DNA of 64,000 nt, from positions 130,417 through 194,416 of the forward strand of contig CANQGD010000001.1 in NCBI GenBank assembly GCA_947601445.1, in the 5' to 3' direction. The notes under the pieces are model-generated. The model did not search any database, had not been told where the DNA came from, and saw only the letters and a list, made by a program, of their open reading frames with translations. Below are positions 28,396-39,428 of this stretch, piece by piece (the first letter of the stretch is position 1; the number at the start of each line of letters is the position of its first letter). Origin of the DNA: an uncultured Clostridia bacterium (GTDB lineage: Bacteria; Bacillota; Clostridia; Christensenellales; CAG-314). A program made the translations under genes and the position numbers.

Positions 28396-28798
28396 CGATT
28401 TCTTAAATTACGGTTGGCAAGTCGAAGTTTCTGACAGCCGCACCTTCGTTAAACAATCACTTATTTATTTTTATTCGAAGTTTGTAAATAAGAGGAAATA
28501 TTATTCGCCGTATCTTTCGAAAAAGTTGCTCCCCTATTTAATTCTTATCCTCCGTAAAATAGGCTTTATTTCCGTTCTCACTTGGCAGAATCAATTATAT
28601 TTTTCAAAGCTTTTTAATTGGTTGCATTGATTTGCCGTAAATGTTTAATATTCCGTAATTCATTTTGCATGCGTTTATGATATGCCAAACTTTTTTATGT
28701 CGTCAACGTATTCGTTAAGTTGCATTTCTATGGCAAATGTTTGTATTGTTTTGCAACCGGGCACAAAGCGCCATTTTTCAATCTGCTGCTTGCGTTCG

Positions 28799-29950
28799 TT
28801 ATTCGATTACAACCGTCTCGATACTGTTAATTGCATTGTCCACAAGCGTATCCACGTCTAACACGCTTTCAACTTTCAAAACATGTTCGAGACGCGGTTT
28901 TGTAACGGGACGTTTTGGCAAAAAAATCGTACAACAATCTTCGTATGGCAAAATAGATGTTTCAAATGTGTTTATTTTTTGTGAAATTTCGATGATTTCG
29001 TCCTTGTCAAAACCGATCAACGGTCTGAAAACAGGGATGGTTGCAACGGAATTGGTACTTGTGATACTTTCCAACGTTTGACTTGCTACCTGTCCGAGAC
29101 TTTCTCCCGTAATTATAGCGCCTGCTCCGTGACGCTTTGCGATACGTTCGGCAATGCGCATCATAAAGCGACGCATGATCGTAATCATGTATTCCTCCGG
29201 GCACTTCTCATGAATTGCCGTTTGAATTTCCGTAAATCCAACAACATCCACCGTCATTTGCAAAGTGTATTTTTTGATGATTTTTGCAAGGTCCAACACC
29301 CTTTGACGCGCCTGCATACTTGTATACGGAAAACTGTGAAAATGAACTGCTCGAAGCGTCATTCCGCGTTTTGCCATCATATATGCGGCAACGGGACTGT
29401 CAATACCACCGGAAAGCATTACCACTCCTTTTCCGCCTGTCCCCACGGGCATTCCGTTGACGGCTTTAATCGTTTCTCCGTAAACAAAGGTTTTGCCGTT
29501 TTCGCGAATATCTATGTTGACAACGTGATCGGGAGCAAACAAATCCACTTTAAGGTTGGGGTTTGCGTCCAATATATCGCCTCCGATTTCAGCGGATACC
29601 GACATGGAAGGAATAGGAAAACGCTTGTCGGCTCTGTTGGTATTTACTTTGAAAGTGCCTTGATGAGGAGCAAATTTAAGCGCCGCAGCGGAAATATGTT
29701 CCATATCGGAAGGAACTTCCTCTGCAATGCTCAGCGAGTGGACGCCGAATACATTTTTTACCGCGTCGATTATATCTTCGATACGCGATTCGTCAAAGTT
29801 TCTCAAAACATATCTGGCATTGCTACGACCGAATTCATACTCAAAATCTTTAAGCACATATTTGATATTGGAAATCAATACGTTTTCGAAATAGTCGCGA
29901 TTGTTTCCCTTCAAGTGAATTTCGGAATATCTTATGATAATTACTTTCAT
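28799..29950 (-). CDS. thiI: tRNA 4-thiouridine(8) synthase ThiI
   Basis: 383 aa. N-terminal ferredoxin-like/THUMP region (RYSEIHLKGNNR). PP-loop SGGIDSPVAAYMM. Confidence 0.92.
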   Translation of the reverse strand: MKVIIIRYSEIHLKGNNRDYFENVLISNIKYVLKDFEYEFGRSNARYVLRNFDESRIEDIIDAVKNVFGVHSLSIAEEVPSDMEHISAAALKFAPHQGTFKVNTNRADKRFPIPSMSVSAEIGGDILDANPNLKVDLFAPDHVVNIDIRENGKTFVYGETIKAVNGMPVGTGGKGVVMLSGGIDSPVAAYMMAKRGMTLRAVHFHSFPYTSMQARQRVLDLAKIIKKYTLQMTVDVVGFTEIQTAIHEKCPEEYMITIMRRFMMRIAERIAKRHGAGAIITGESLGQVASQTLESITSTNSVATIPVFRPLIGFDKDEIIEISQKINTFETSILPYEDCCTIFLPKRPVTKPRLEHVLKVESVLDVDTLVDNAINSIETVVIE

Positions 29951-30017
29951 ATTTCTCCTTGTAAAATTTAACGATTTTTATTTGAAAATACAAATATGCG
30001 AAATTATTTGCGAAATT

Positions 30018-31157
30018 TTATTTGCCGAACATTATCTTACGCAATTCCGTCACGCTTTCGGCAAGTTTATCGGCGAGCAAACAGACTTCTTCGGCGGTAT
30101 TGTATTTGGAAAAACTGATTCTGATCACGCCTTCGGAATAATTTGACTCCAAACCTATCGCTTTTGCTATACGACTTTGTTTGTTTTTGGAGCTGCAAGC
30201 CGAACCCGTACCGACAATTAAATCGTAGCGTTCCAACATATGCAGTAACACCTCGCCCTTTATACCGCCAAATGCCAACGACAAAATCGCGGGAGAACAG
30301 TTTTCTTTGCAGATTTCCTTCCATTCTTTCACTTTTTCGAGCGACTGTCTAATTGTGTTTTTGTAACTTTCGAAACTTTGGCTGTTTGATGGAAGCAAAT
30401 TCAAAGCCTTTTCCAATGCCGCGGATAATGCAATAATTCCCGCAACATATTCCGTGCCGGAACGCAGACCTTTTTCTTGCCCGCCGCCGAAAAGAGCAGG
30501 CGAAAGACGTATTCCGTCTTTTACATACAATGCTCCGATTCCTTTGGAACAATGAATTTTATGCCCCGCGAAGGAATACAAATCTACTCCGAGATGACGT
30601 AAATTGACGGGAACTTTTCCTACGGCTTGAATACCGTCCGAAAAGGTTACCGTTTGGGGATATTTTTCTTTAATCAATTGATTTATAAGTTTTACGTCGT
30701 TAACGGCTCCCGTTTCATTGTTTACGTGCATAAAACAAGCTAATAATGTTTCATCGTCCACCTTGGAAACAAAATTGTCCACATCTATATGTCCGTCAGG
30801 GAGAACATCGGCATATCTCACTTCGTAACCCTTGCTATTCAGTTCCGCAACAGTGTTGTATGTGGCTGAATGTTCGGCTGCGGTTACAATTATATTCCCT
30901 TTTTTAGAGCGTAACGAACCGAATATCGCAAGATTGTCTGCTTCGGTTCCTCCCGAGGTAAATAAAATTTCTCCCGACGAAGCGCCTAACAACTTACGGA
31001 TTTTATCGCGCGCAGCCGAAATATCGTTTGATATTCGCAAACTGAAAGTACTGCGTGCCGATGGATTGAAATATTTGGTTGTATGGTATTGAACAATCAA
31101 ATTAGCAATGTCGTCGTCAACACGGGTTGTTGCACAATTGTCAAAGTAATGTATCAT
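30018..31157 (-). CDS. Cysteine desulfurase (NifS/IscS class, thiI-linked)
   Basis: 379 aa class V aminotransferase fold. AGHKIHCSKGIGALY (PLP Lys) and GSACSS (active-site Cys loop). Immediately upstream of thiI. Confidence 0.88.
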   Translation of the reverse strand: MIHYFDNCATTRVDDDIANLIVQYHTTKYFNPSARSTFSLRISNDISAARDKIRKLLGASSGEILFTSGGTEADNLAIFGSLRSKKGNIIVTAAEHSATYNTVAELNSKGYEVRYADVLPDGHIDVDNFVSKVDDETLLACFMHVNNETGAVNDVKLINQLIKEKYPQTVTFSDGIQAVGKVPVNLRHLGVDLYSFAGHKIHCSKGIGALYVKDGIRLSPALFGGGQEKGLRSGTEYVAGIIALSAALEKALNLLPSNSQSFESYKNTIRQSLEKVKEWKEICKENCSPAILSLAFGGIKGEVLLHMLERYDLIVGTGSACSSKNKQSRIAKAIGLESNYSEGVIRISFSKYNTAEEVCLLADKLAESVTELRKIMFGK

Positions 31158-31233
31158 TTTTTACCTTTAATCGAATTTTTTTGTAATTTCTCAAAAGAAT
31201 TTTTTATATTTTTCTATATATAATCGTTCTTAT

Positions 31234-31280
31234 ACTATGTCGAAAATAGTATTATCTGTTTTTGGAATTTTCGACATAGT
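31234..31280. repeat. 14-bp perfect inverted repeat with 19-nt spacer, between the mutS2 stop and the nifS-thiI promoter region
   Basis: ACTATGTCGAAAAT (31234-31247) and ATTTTCGACATAGT (31267-31280). Confidence 0.8.
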
Positions 31281-31284
31281 CAAC

Positions 31285-33657
31285 TCACTTCAACGTGACC
31301 ACGGTAACACCGCTTTCGCCTTCACCGTATGCGCCCAATCTGAATTCGGCAACAGAAGGATGATGACGCAAATGCGCATGCAAGCCAGCGCGAAGCCGTC
31401 CCGTTCCCATGCCGTGTATAATCCAAATACGATGCAATCCGGCAACAACAGCCGCGTCGATAAATTCGTCCACCGCTATCACGGCGTCATCGACGGTTTG
31501 ACCTATAACATTTATTTCATTGTTAACGCTGCGAGTATTCAATTGTGCCTTGGATTTTGTACCTACCGTTCGTTTTGAATGGTTATATTCCGCTACGCTT
31601 TGATACAAATCGTCTGCACCCACCTCCGTTGAAATTCCGCCGCATAACACTTTGATACGATATTTATTGCGTATTTCCGTAATTTTAACACGAACGCCCA
31701 ATTTTTTGGAATAGACCACATCCCCCGGTTTCAGATTTTCGAAGTTGACTTTGTCGCCTGTGAAAATAATCTCATCGGGATCATCTTCCTGCTTGATTTC
31801 AATCGAATTGAGACGTTTTGCCGCATTACGAGCCGCAAACAGGTCCTTATCCGAAACACTGTCTTTTGACAGCAATTCCTTTATTTCATTCACAATTTCG
31901 GTTGCTTCGTCTTTGGCTTTTGCCACTATTTTCTTCGCTTCATCCCGTGAGGCCGCCAACAATTTATCTCTTTCGTTTTGCAAATTTCCGTTAAGGCGCG
32001 CCGTTTTTTCTTTTTCCGTTTGCAATTGCGCGTATTCCTCTCCGAGGGTGACAAGTTTTTCTTCGTATTGCTTTCGTATTTCGTCGGCGTTTTGCAGCAC
32101 TCTCTCAAAAGCAAGTTTTTCCTCGGAAACATTTGCGCGAGCATATTCTATTACATCTTTTCGCAAACCCAATTTAGAGGCTATGGCTATTGCATTTGAA
32201 CTGCCCGGGACCCCCATTATCAATCTGTACGTCGGCGCAAGCGTATGCAGGTCAAATTCCATGGAAGCGTTTTCTACGCGCGGAGTCGTTAGAGAATATT
32301 CTTTGAGCGCGCCGTAATGAGTCGTAATAACGCACTTTGCGCCGCTTCTGCGCAAAAAATCGGTAATCGCCAACGCTAACGCCGCACCCTCGTTGGGTTC
32401 CGTCCCCGCACCGACTTCATCTATAAGTACAAGCTGTCCTTTTCCGCAAACATCAAGTATATCTCTTAAATTTGTAATATGTCCCGAAAAAGTGGATAAA
32501 TTTTGTTCGATGCTTTGCTCGTCCCCTATATCGCACAGTATATCGTCAAAAAAAGAAACAACGCTTTCTTCCTGACAAGGAATAAAAAGTCCGCTCATAG
32601 CCATAGCACACATAAGTCCTATGGTTTTAAGCGTTACCGTTTTTCCGCCCGTGTTAGGCCCCGTTATTACTATTACATCGTAGTCGTTCCCCAATTTGAC
32701 CGAAATGGGCACTACTTTCTTTTTATCAAGCAAGGGATGTCTTGCCTTTTTGATGTCGATAAAGCCGTCCGAATTCATTTTAGGCAACGTACATTTGTTT
32801 TCCAAAGCATATTTTACTTTGCTGAAAATAACGTCTATATCGCTTATCGTATCCACAGCCAAAGCAATTTTTTCCGCAACAGGAGAAATTCTATCAGTAA
32901 ATGCTTGCAAAATACGTTGAATTTCCGTCTTTTCTTCAAGGATCGCCTCTCTGAGCGAATTGTTTAACTGAACTATCGCCATCGGTTCCACAAACAGCGT
33001 CGCGCCCGTTGAAGATTGATCGTGAACGATTCCCGATACAAACGATTTGAATTCCTGCTTTACGGGAATAACGTATCTGTCTCCGCGCATTGTAACGATA
33101 GTATCCTGCAAGTATTTGGAGACTTCGCTGTTTTTTGTATAGCTCTGCAATTTTTGTTTTATATCCGCGTTGATTGCCTTTATCCGTTTGCGTATGGCAA
33201 ACAAATCGTCCGACGCTTTATCATTCATCTCGTCATCGGAAAGAATTGCAAAGTCAATGTCTTCTTCCAACTGTTTGTCATTGTACAAAGCGTATGCCCT
33301 TGCTTGCAACAAAGAAATATCAATGCCGTAATCTGTAAATAATGACGCTTGCAAATATCTCGCCGTACGCAAAGCGCGCATAATTTGCAAAAGCTGCTTC
33401 ATAGACAAGCATGAACCCACACGTGCAAGCGCGCACGTTTCCGAAACGTCGTCAACAGACAAATCAAAGGAAGTCTCGTACTGAAACAACGCATAACCTT
33501 GCTTGGTTTCCTCAATTGATTTTTGCGCCTCTTCCGCTTGACTTGACGGCAACATATCGCGTACTTTCCGTTGCGCTATGCTACTGACGCAAAAAGAACT
33601 TACATCACGCAAAATGTCGAAATATTGTAATTTGTTCAGAGTTTTATTGTTTATCAT
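31285..33657 (-). CDS. mutS2: Endonuclease MutS2 (MutS-family ATPase with C-terminal Smr domain)
   Basis: 790 aa. Walker A GPNTGGKT, coiled-coil middle, C-terminal Smr (IIHGMGTGRLRAGLHAHL). Confidence 0.93.
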   Translation of the reverse strand: MINNKTLNKLQYFDILRDVSSFCVSSIAQRKVRDMLPSSQAEEAQKSIEETKQGYALFQYETSFDLSVDDVSETCALARVGSCLSMKQLLQIMRALRTARYLQASLFTDYGIDISLLQARAYALYNDKQLEEDIDFAILSDDEMNDKASDDLFAIRKRIKAINADIKQKLQSYTKNSEVSKYLQDTIVTMRGDRYVIPVKQEFKSFVSGIVHDQSSTGATLFVEPMAIVQLNNSLREAILEEKTEIQRILQAFTDRISPVAEKIALAVDTISDIDVIFSKVKYALENKCTLPKMNSDGFIDIKKARHPLLDKKKVVPISVKLGNDYDVIVITGPNTGGKTVTLKTIGLMCAMAMSGLFIPCQEESVVSFFDDILCDIGDEQSIEQNLSTFSGHITNLRDILDVCGKGQLVLIDEVGAGTEPNEGAALALAITDFLRRSGAKCVITTHYGALKEYSLTTPRVENASMEFDLHTLAPTYRLIMGVPGSSNAIAIASKLGLRKDVIEYARANVSEEKLAFERVLQNADEIRKQYEEKLVTLGEEYAQLQTEKEKTARLNGNLQNERDKLLAASRDEAKKIVAKAKDEATEIVNEIKELLSKDSVSDKDLFAARNAAKRLNSIEIKQEDDPDEIIFTGDKVNFENLKPGDVVYSKKLGVRVKITEIRNKYRIKVLCGGISTEVGADDLYQSVAEYNHSKRTVGTKSKAQLNTRSVNNEINVIGQTVDDAVIAVDEFIDAAVVAGLHRIWIIHGMGTGRLRAGLHAHLRHHPSVAEFRLGAYGEGESGVTVVTLK

Positions 33658-33729
33658 ATTTTACGTCCGATTAAAAGCATTTCGCCTTAAATTTGACAAA
33701 TATTTGTCCTCACCGTTCTATGGAAATTA

Positions 33730-35997
33730 CTATTTTACGCCGTCGAAAAGCCTGCCCTTGGTATGCGGCGCAATTTCAACATACTCGGTTTTGCCGCCAT
33801 TATTCAATTCCAGATAATGGCTCACTATTTTTTCATCATAATCTACCAAAAATCTACCGCCTTTTTTCAATTTGGATACGACGGACAGTTTGTTTCCGTT
33901 TACCAATTCAAAGGTGCAAAATTTATCTCGTCTGCGGTTTATTTCGAATTTATTGCCCAATTCATCGGTATACACGAGCTTTTCATCCGCCTTGCATTTG
34001 TCGCAACCGCACGAAAACGCAACGGCATATGGACAATGTACAAATTTCATCAATATGATCTTGCCGTCCACAAAAATCAACCCGCGCCCGTTTACAAATT
34101 GAGAAATTTCTTTTAATGAAAGTTCGGGAGAATATACAAACGTTTCCGCGTCGTCGAATTGTCGAGCAATATAATCGTTATATATATTCAGTCCGCTGCC
34201 GGCAATATATTTCAAACCCAATTCCCGTGCAATTTGAACGTGACCGACATTATGACAAACCACTCCCGCACCTGTCAATCTAAGAAGATCGAACATGTAT
34301 TTGCCGTCCGCAAAGGATGGAATATCGACAAACGCATCCGATTCTTTTGCAAGCAACAACGAATTTTCGTCGATAAATCGAGGTTTGTATATTTTGTATC
34401 CGACGTCGCCGGGCACCGATTTTAATTGATCGGAGGTATAACAAACAACCGCCAACGTATTTGCACAAGACGTCGATTTTCTGCAATTGCAAACACTTTC
34501 CGCGTTGATGAATTTCTCAAAATTTGCAATATTCGTTTGCGCTCTATCGGAAAATTTACTGTTGTAATCTTCCGCAATTTTTTTATCGAGAGCTTCCAGC
34601 ACTTTCCTACGCATTGCATTGATTTGCGATTTTGCAAGAAAAATATTGCCCATTTTAATATCTATGTCACAAATAGTATTATGCGAATTGCCCGTTTTTT
34701 GCAATTGTTGTAGAATTTCTTCACGCGTAGTTGGCGTCTTTTGTGCTTTTTGTGTAATAAAATCCGATTCAACGGTGACAAAAGATTTGCCGCTTGAAGC
34801 CGTCAGCTTGGCGGTTTTCCCTTCGTATGCTTCAAAAGTCAAGCAGGTGTTTATTTTGCGCCGCTCGTTTTTTATTTCTTCGCACAACTTTACGGAAGTC
34901 GTACGCCGTACTTCCATGCCGTCTCTGACAGTTCCACCGAATTCGGCCGTTACAAAACGATTGCCGCATCCCGTAGCGATTCCGCCGCAAACTTCTTTAC
35001 CGTTGTCGAATATTTTCAATCCGTCGCCTTTGAAAATTTCTTTTGTTGCTGCCACACCGTTGCCGCTGACGGTACCCACTGCAACGCCGCTGTGATTTTG
35101 CGAATTTGGGGAAATAATTCCCATTTTACTTCCGTCCGTATAGCCGAGCGAAGACATATCGCGATTGTACATTTCCGCGAGATTGTTTACATCTTCTTCT
35201 TCGAATTTGAAATCGTTTTCAAAAAGATTTTTATAAACCTTCGAAGTAATTCCCGCGTATTCCGCACGACGGTTGCGCCCTTCTATTTTGTAAACCGTGA
35301 CTCCCGCGTCGTACAATTTTTTTGCAATATTCAAACCGCACAAATCCCGTGCCGACAGAAAGTATTTCATTGGCGAATCGTTTATCGAGTAAAGCTTTCT
35401 GCAAGGTTGCGCGCATAATCCGCGGTTTCCGCTGTTACCGCCTACCATTGCCGAAAACAGACATTGTCCGGATTGGCAAACGCACGTTGCACCATGGATA
35501 AAACACTCTGTCGTAATGCCTGTCGCCGCTATTTCCTTTATCTGTTCGATGCGCGACTCTCTCGCGCACACTACCGTAGAAGCGCCGAGTTTCTTGACAA
35601 AACGCACACCGAATTCATCATGCACGTTTAGCTGGGTGCTTGCAACCACCTCAAAAGGCTTCGGAAGTTGCGCCGCTATCTCTATTAACGCCAAATCGGT
35701 AAGGATAACTCCGTCTGCATTTTTGTCATATACCTCTTTCAACAGCCTTACCGCTTCGGCAAATTCGCTGTTTTTCAGAGATGTATTTATTGCAACATAC
35801 ACCTTTACGCCGAAAATATGACAGTAGTCTATCCAACCTTTTATATTTTCTTCTGTAAAGTTCGGCGCTTTCATACGCGCGTTGAAGTTGCCCAAACCAA
35901 GATAAACGGAGTCGCATCCGTTATTTACGGCGGCAATCAATTGTTCTTCGCTGCCGGCAGGTGCAAGTATTTCTATTTTTGATTTTTCATTGAACAC
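33730..35997 (-). CDS. Peptidase U32 family protein (long form with C-terminal extension)
   Basis: 755 aa. N-terminus EILAPAGSEEQLIAAVNNGCDSVYLG..FNAR and E..IHGA.C....G.C are typical of U32. Confidence 0.82.
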   Translation of the reverse strand: MFNEKSKIEILAPAGSEEQLIAAVNNGCDSVYLGLGNFNARMKAPNFTEENIKGWIDYCHIFGVKVYVAINTSLKNSEFAEAVRLLKEVYDKNADGVILTDLALIEIAAQLPKPFEVVASTQLNVHDEFGVRFVKKLGASTVVCARESRIEQIKEIAATGITTECFIHGATCVCQSGQCLFSAMVGGNSGNRGLCAQPCRKLYSINDSPMKYFLSARDLCGLNIAKKLYDAGVTVYKIEGRNRRAEYAGITSKVYKNLFENDFKFEEEDVNNLAEMYNRDMSSLGYTDGSKMGIISPNSQNHSGVAVGTVSGNGVAATKEIFKGDGLKIFDNGKEVCGGIATGCGNRFVTAEFGGTVRDGMEVRRTTSVKLCEEIKNERRKINTCLTFEAYEGKTAKLTASSGKSFVTVESDFITQKAQKTPTTREEILQQLQKTGNSHNTICDIDIKMGNIFLAKSQINAMRRKVLEALDKKIAEDYNSKFSDRAQTNIANFEKFINAESVCNCRKSTSCANTLAVVCYTSDQLKSVPGDVGYKIYKPRFIDENSLLLAKESDAFVDIPSFADGKYMFDLLRLTGAGVVCHNVGHVQIARELGLKYIAGSGLNIYNDYIARQFDDAETFVYSPELSLKEISQFVNGRGLIFVDGKIILMKFVHCPYAVAFSCGCDKCKADEKLVYTDELGNKFEINRRRDKFCTFELVNGNKLSVVSKLKKGGRFLVDYDEKIVSHYLELNNGGKTEYVEIAPHTKGRLFDGVK

Positions 35998-36009
35998 TCT
36001 ACACCTATT

Positions 36010-38391
36010 TTATTGTTCGCGAAGCACGACATTGTACTTCTCTTTCAGCGCGCGCAGCGCTTTGGCGCTTTGTTTTTCTATATCGCTGTCCTGCAACGTT
36101 TTGTTCTTGTCGCGGAAAACAACGGTTATTGCCACGCTCTTTTTATTTAATCCCAACTTTTCACCGCGATATACGTCAAACATATCCGCACTTTCCACAA
36201 GCGGCAGATTCAAAAATTCGTCCAATATATCTTGTGCAGCCACATCTTCGTCGCATAAAAATGCAAAGTCGCGACTTACCGAAGGAAACTTCGCAAAAGG
36301 TTTATACTTTATTTCCGCACGAGCGATACCGAACAATTTATCGAGATAAATTTCCGCATAGAAACAGTCTGTCTGAATATCGAAATTTGCCGCGACTTTC
36401 GGATGCAGCTTACCGAGCCGTCCCAAATTCGTTTCTTTTGCAAATATATCGGCAGAAATGCCCGGGTGCAACATGTCGTAATCCGAACGTTTTAAACTGA
36501 TTTTTTCATCGGTAACCGAACAAACAACTTGCAGTACATCTCGACGGAACGAGTCAAAATCGATGTCTGTTGCGCAAATTGAAAGTCTACTTTGCTCGAA
36601 AGGCAATTCAACAAGCGGCAACTTATCCGCAATATATGCCTTGCCCACTTCAAACAAGCGTAAATTTTTGTTGTTTCGGGACAGGTTCACGGATATGCAT
36701 TGCAACATGTTGGGTGCAAGACTGCGATTCATTCTGGAAAGTTCCTCCCCGATGGGATTAAGCAGTTTGATATATTCATTATCATCGATTTCCCGAGTAC
36801 TTGCTTTTTCAAACAACGTTTTTCCACCGAAAGGATAAAACACGCACTCATTGTAACCGATACCGCACAAAACATCTTTAATATTATCTATTCTTTTTGC
36901 CTCATCCGTTTTGCCTCCGCATGTAATGCGGGATTTTTCCATCAGTGTTCCCGAGATATTGTTATAACCGTATACCCTTATCAATTCTTCTATAATATCG
37001 CAATCACGCAAAATATCATCGCGATACGGCGGAACGATACACCAAACGTTATTTCCGTCTATTTTTGTAGGTATATTGAGAGAATTCAATATGGACAAAA
37101 TTCTTTCGTCGGGAATTTTGATACCCAACAGCTGCGATATACGGCGTTTGTCAAATTTAACGTCGCGGCATTGCGCCGTTTCTCCTACTGCAATTCGACC
37201 GCGGGTAATTTTTCCGCAGCCCAACTGTTCGATAAGATGTAACGCGCGCGAAAGACCGAGATTGTTTGTGTAGGTATCGATACCCTTTTCAAAGCGAGCT
37301 GAGGAATCGGAACGTATTCCCAAACGATGACCTGTACGACGTACATTCATGCGCGCAAAGGTTGCCGATTCAAAAAGAACGCAAGTCGTATCATTTTTGA
37401 TTCCCGAATTTGAACCGCCCATTATACCCGCCAATCCGATTGCATGATCGCAATCGGCAATTACCAGATCATCGTTGTTTAAAGTGTATTCTTTACCGTC
37501 CAACGGTACTATTTTTTCTCCGTCGAAAGCCCTGCGTACAATTATTTTGTGGTCGCCGATGTCGTTATAGTCAAATGCATGCATCGGTTGACCGATTTCG
37601 AAAAGTACGTAGTTGGTAATATCCACCAAATTATTGATGCCGTGCAATCCGACTTTTGCCAAACGCGACGTCATCCAAATCGGAGACTTTCGTATAGTTA
37701 CATCCGTAACACCCTGCATAAAGTATCCCTTGCAAATGTCTTGCGCCTGCACGTCAACGTTTACAAGTTTATCCGTGTCAACGCCGTTTTCGTGATACTC
37801 TATACTCGGATTGCGACAGGTTTTTCCAAGCGCAACAGCCACTTCTCGTGAAAGTCCGAGTACACTATTGCAATCCTGACGGTTAGCCGTTACACTGACG
37901 TCCAAAACATAGTCGTCAATACCCACTTCTTTACGAATATCTTCACCGACTGTTGCTTCGTTTCTCAATATCAATACGCCATCCGTATCTGCGTCGGGGT
38001 ACATATCTCCGTTTATTCCCAATTCCTCAGCGCCGCAAAACATTCCCCACGATTCCTCACCGCGCATTTTGCCTTTGGTAATACGAAGTCCGTTTGCAAG
38101 AGTTGCACCGTGCAACGCCACGGGAACTTTGTCATTTACCTTTATATGATGGTCGTTGGTAACTATTGGGATAATTTCACCGCCTATATCTACTTTGCAA
38201 CACAGCAAACGCTCGGCATTGGGATGGCGAGTCACTTCTTTTATTTGACAAACTTTTACATTGGTAACATGTTCGCCGAGATAAACCACTTCTTCGATTT
38301 CCAAGCCTATGCCTACCATTTTGTCGCAAAGGGTTTGAATATCAACATCCACATCTACAAATTCTTTTATCCAAGAAAGAGGTAATTTCAT
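36010..38391 (-). CDS. pheT: Phenylalanine--tRNA ligase beta subunit
   Basis: 793 aa. MKLPLSWIKEFVDV..., tRNA-binding domain, B3/4, B5 and FDX-ACB domains in order. Confidence 0.95.
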   Translation of the reverse strand: MKLPLSWIKEFVDVDVDIQTLCDKMVGIGLEIEEVVYLGEHVTNVKVCQIKEVTRHPNAERLLCCKVDIGGEIIPIVTNDHHIKVNDKVPVALHGATLANGLRITKGKMRGEESWGMFCGAEELGINGDMYPDADTDGVLILRNEATVGEDIRKEVGIDDYVLDVSVTANRQDCNSVLGLSREVAVALGKTCRNPSIEYHENGVDTDKLVNVDVQAQDICKGYFMQGVTDVTIRKSPIWMTSRLAKVGLHGINNLVDITNYVLFEIGQPMHAFDYNDIGDHKIIVRRAFDGEKIVPLDGKEYTLNNDDLVIADCDHAIGLAGIMGGSNSGIKNDTTCVLFESATFARMNVRRTGHRLGIRSDSSARFEKGIDTYTNNLGLSRALHLIEQLGCGKITRGRIAVGETAQCRDVKFDKRRISQLLGIKIPDERILSILNSLNIPTKIDGNNVWCIVPPYRDDILRDCDIIEELIRVYGYNNISGTLMEKSRITCGGKTDEAKRIDNIKDVLCGIGYNECVFYPFGGKTLFEKASTREIDDNEYIKLLNPIGEELSRMNRSLAPNMLQCISVNLSRNNKNLRLFEVGKAYIADKLPLVELPFEQSRLSICATDIDFDSFRRDVLQVVCSVTDEKISLKRSDYDMLHPGISADIFAKETNLGRLGKLHPKVAANFDIQTDCFYAEIYLDKLFGIARAEIKYKPFAKFPSVSRDFAFLCDEDVAAQDILDEFLNLPLVESADMFDVYRGEKLGLNKKSVAITVVFRDKNKTLQDSDIEKQSAKALRALKEKYNVVLREQ

Positions 38392-38403
38392 ATCAGTCCG
38401 CTC

Positions 38404-39417
38404 CTATTTACCGAATTGTTTGAGAAAACGCAAATCGTTTTCGTAAAAAAGACGGATGTCGGGTATACCGTACTTTATCATTGCCACACGCTCTACGCCT
38501 ATTCCGAAAGCAAAGCCGCTGTATTTGCCGCTGTCTATGCCGCAGTTTTCCAATACAAACGGATTTACCATACCTGCGCCCAATACTTCGATCCAGCCGG
38601 TTTCTTTACAAAGCGAACAACCTTTTCCGCCACAGTTGCTGCACGTTAAATCAACTTCTACGCTCGGTTCGGTAAACGGAAAGTATGAGGGACGAAAGCG
38701 AACTTTTGTTTGCGGTCCGAACAGATGTGCCGCAATGTATTCAAGCGTCCCTTTTAAGTCACAAAGCGTAACGTTTTTGTCTACAACCAAGCCTTCGATT
38801 TGATTAAATACAGGCGAGTGAGAAGCGTCGCTGTCCGAACGGTAAACTTTTCCCGGACAGACTATTTTCAACGGCGGTTTCTTCCGTTCCATTACTCGCG
38901 CCTGCATCGCAGACGTTTGGGTCCGCAGCAAAATATTGTCAGTGATATAAAAAGTATCTTGCATATCGCGTGCAGGATGATCATAGGGAATGTTTAACGC
39001 CTGAAAATTATAGTAGTCGGTTTCGATTTCCGGACCGGACAACACCTCAAACCCCATCGCAATCATCAGATCGCAAATTTGATTTTCAACCAGCGTTATT
39101 GGATGCAATGCTCCGCGGTGTGAACACGACGTCAGACTCACATCCACTCTTTCTTCCCGCAAACGACGTTCAAGCTCTGCCGCAAAAAGTTCCTCACCTT
39201 TTGAAGAAAACCTATTTTCCATTTGCTTGCGCAGTTCGTTTACTTTTGATCCGAATATCGGACGTTCTTCTGCGGGCAAATCTTTGATGCTTTTAAGTAA
39301 CGACGTAAGCGCTCCCGATTTTCCGAGATATTTCGATTTCAGCTCTTGCAATTCATTTGCATTTTTGCAAGCGGCTATTTCAACATCGAAAGTTGATTTG
39401 ATTTGTTCGATTGTCAT
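38404..39417 (-). CDS. pheS: Phenylalanine--tRNA ligase alpha subunit
   Basis: 337 aa. Class II motifs (HPARDMQDTFY, FRPSYFPFTEPS, GFAFGIGVERVAM). Confidence 0.95.
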   Translation of the reverse strand: MTIEQIKSTFDVEIAACKNANELQELKSKYLGKSGALTSLLKSIKDLPAEERPIFGSKVNELRKQMENRFSSKGEELFAAELERRLREERVDVSLTSCSHRGALHPITLVENQICDLMIAMGFEVLSGPEIETDYYNFQALNIPYDHPARDMQDTFYITDNILLRTQTSAMQARVMERKKPPLKIVCPGKVYRSDSDASHSPVFNQIEGLVVDKNVTLCDLKGTLEYIAAHLFGPQTKVRFRPSYFPFTEPSVEVDLTCSNCGGKGCSLCKETGWIEVLGAGMVNPFVLENCGIDSGKYSGFAFGIGVERVAMIKYGIPDIRLFYENDLRFLKQFGK

Positions 39418-39428
39418 AATTTTCTCCT

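Noticed and set aside
28274-28630. 118-aa + strand ORF and the 500-bp gap between the convergent PBP and thiI genes. The minus strand has short protein-like snippets (MQLNEYVDDIKKFGIS*, MQNELRNIKHLRQINATN*).
   Set aside because: The ORF starts inside the PBP gene end, spans its terminator, and has no RBS and a skewed composition. The minus-strand snippets are under 20 codons and broken by stops. There is not enough evidence for a gene or pseudogene.
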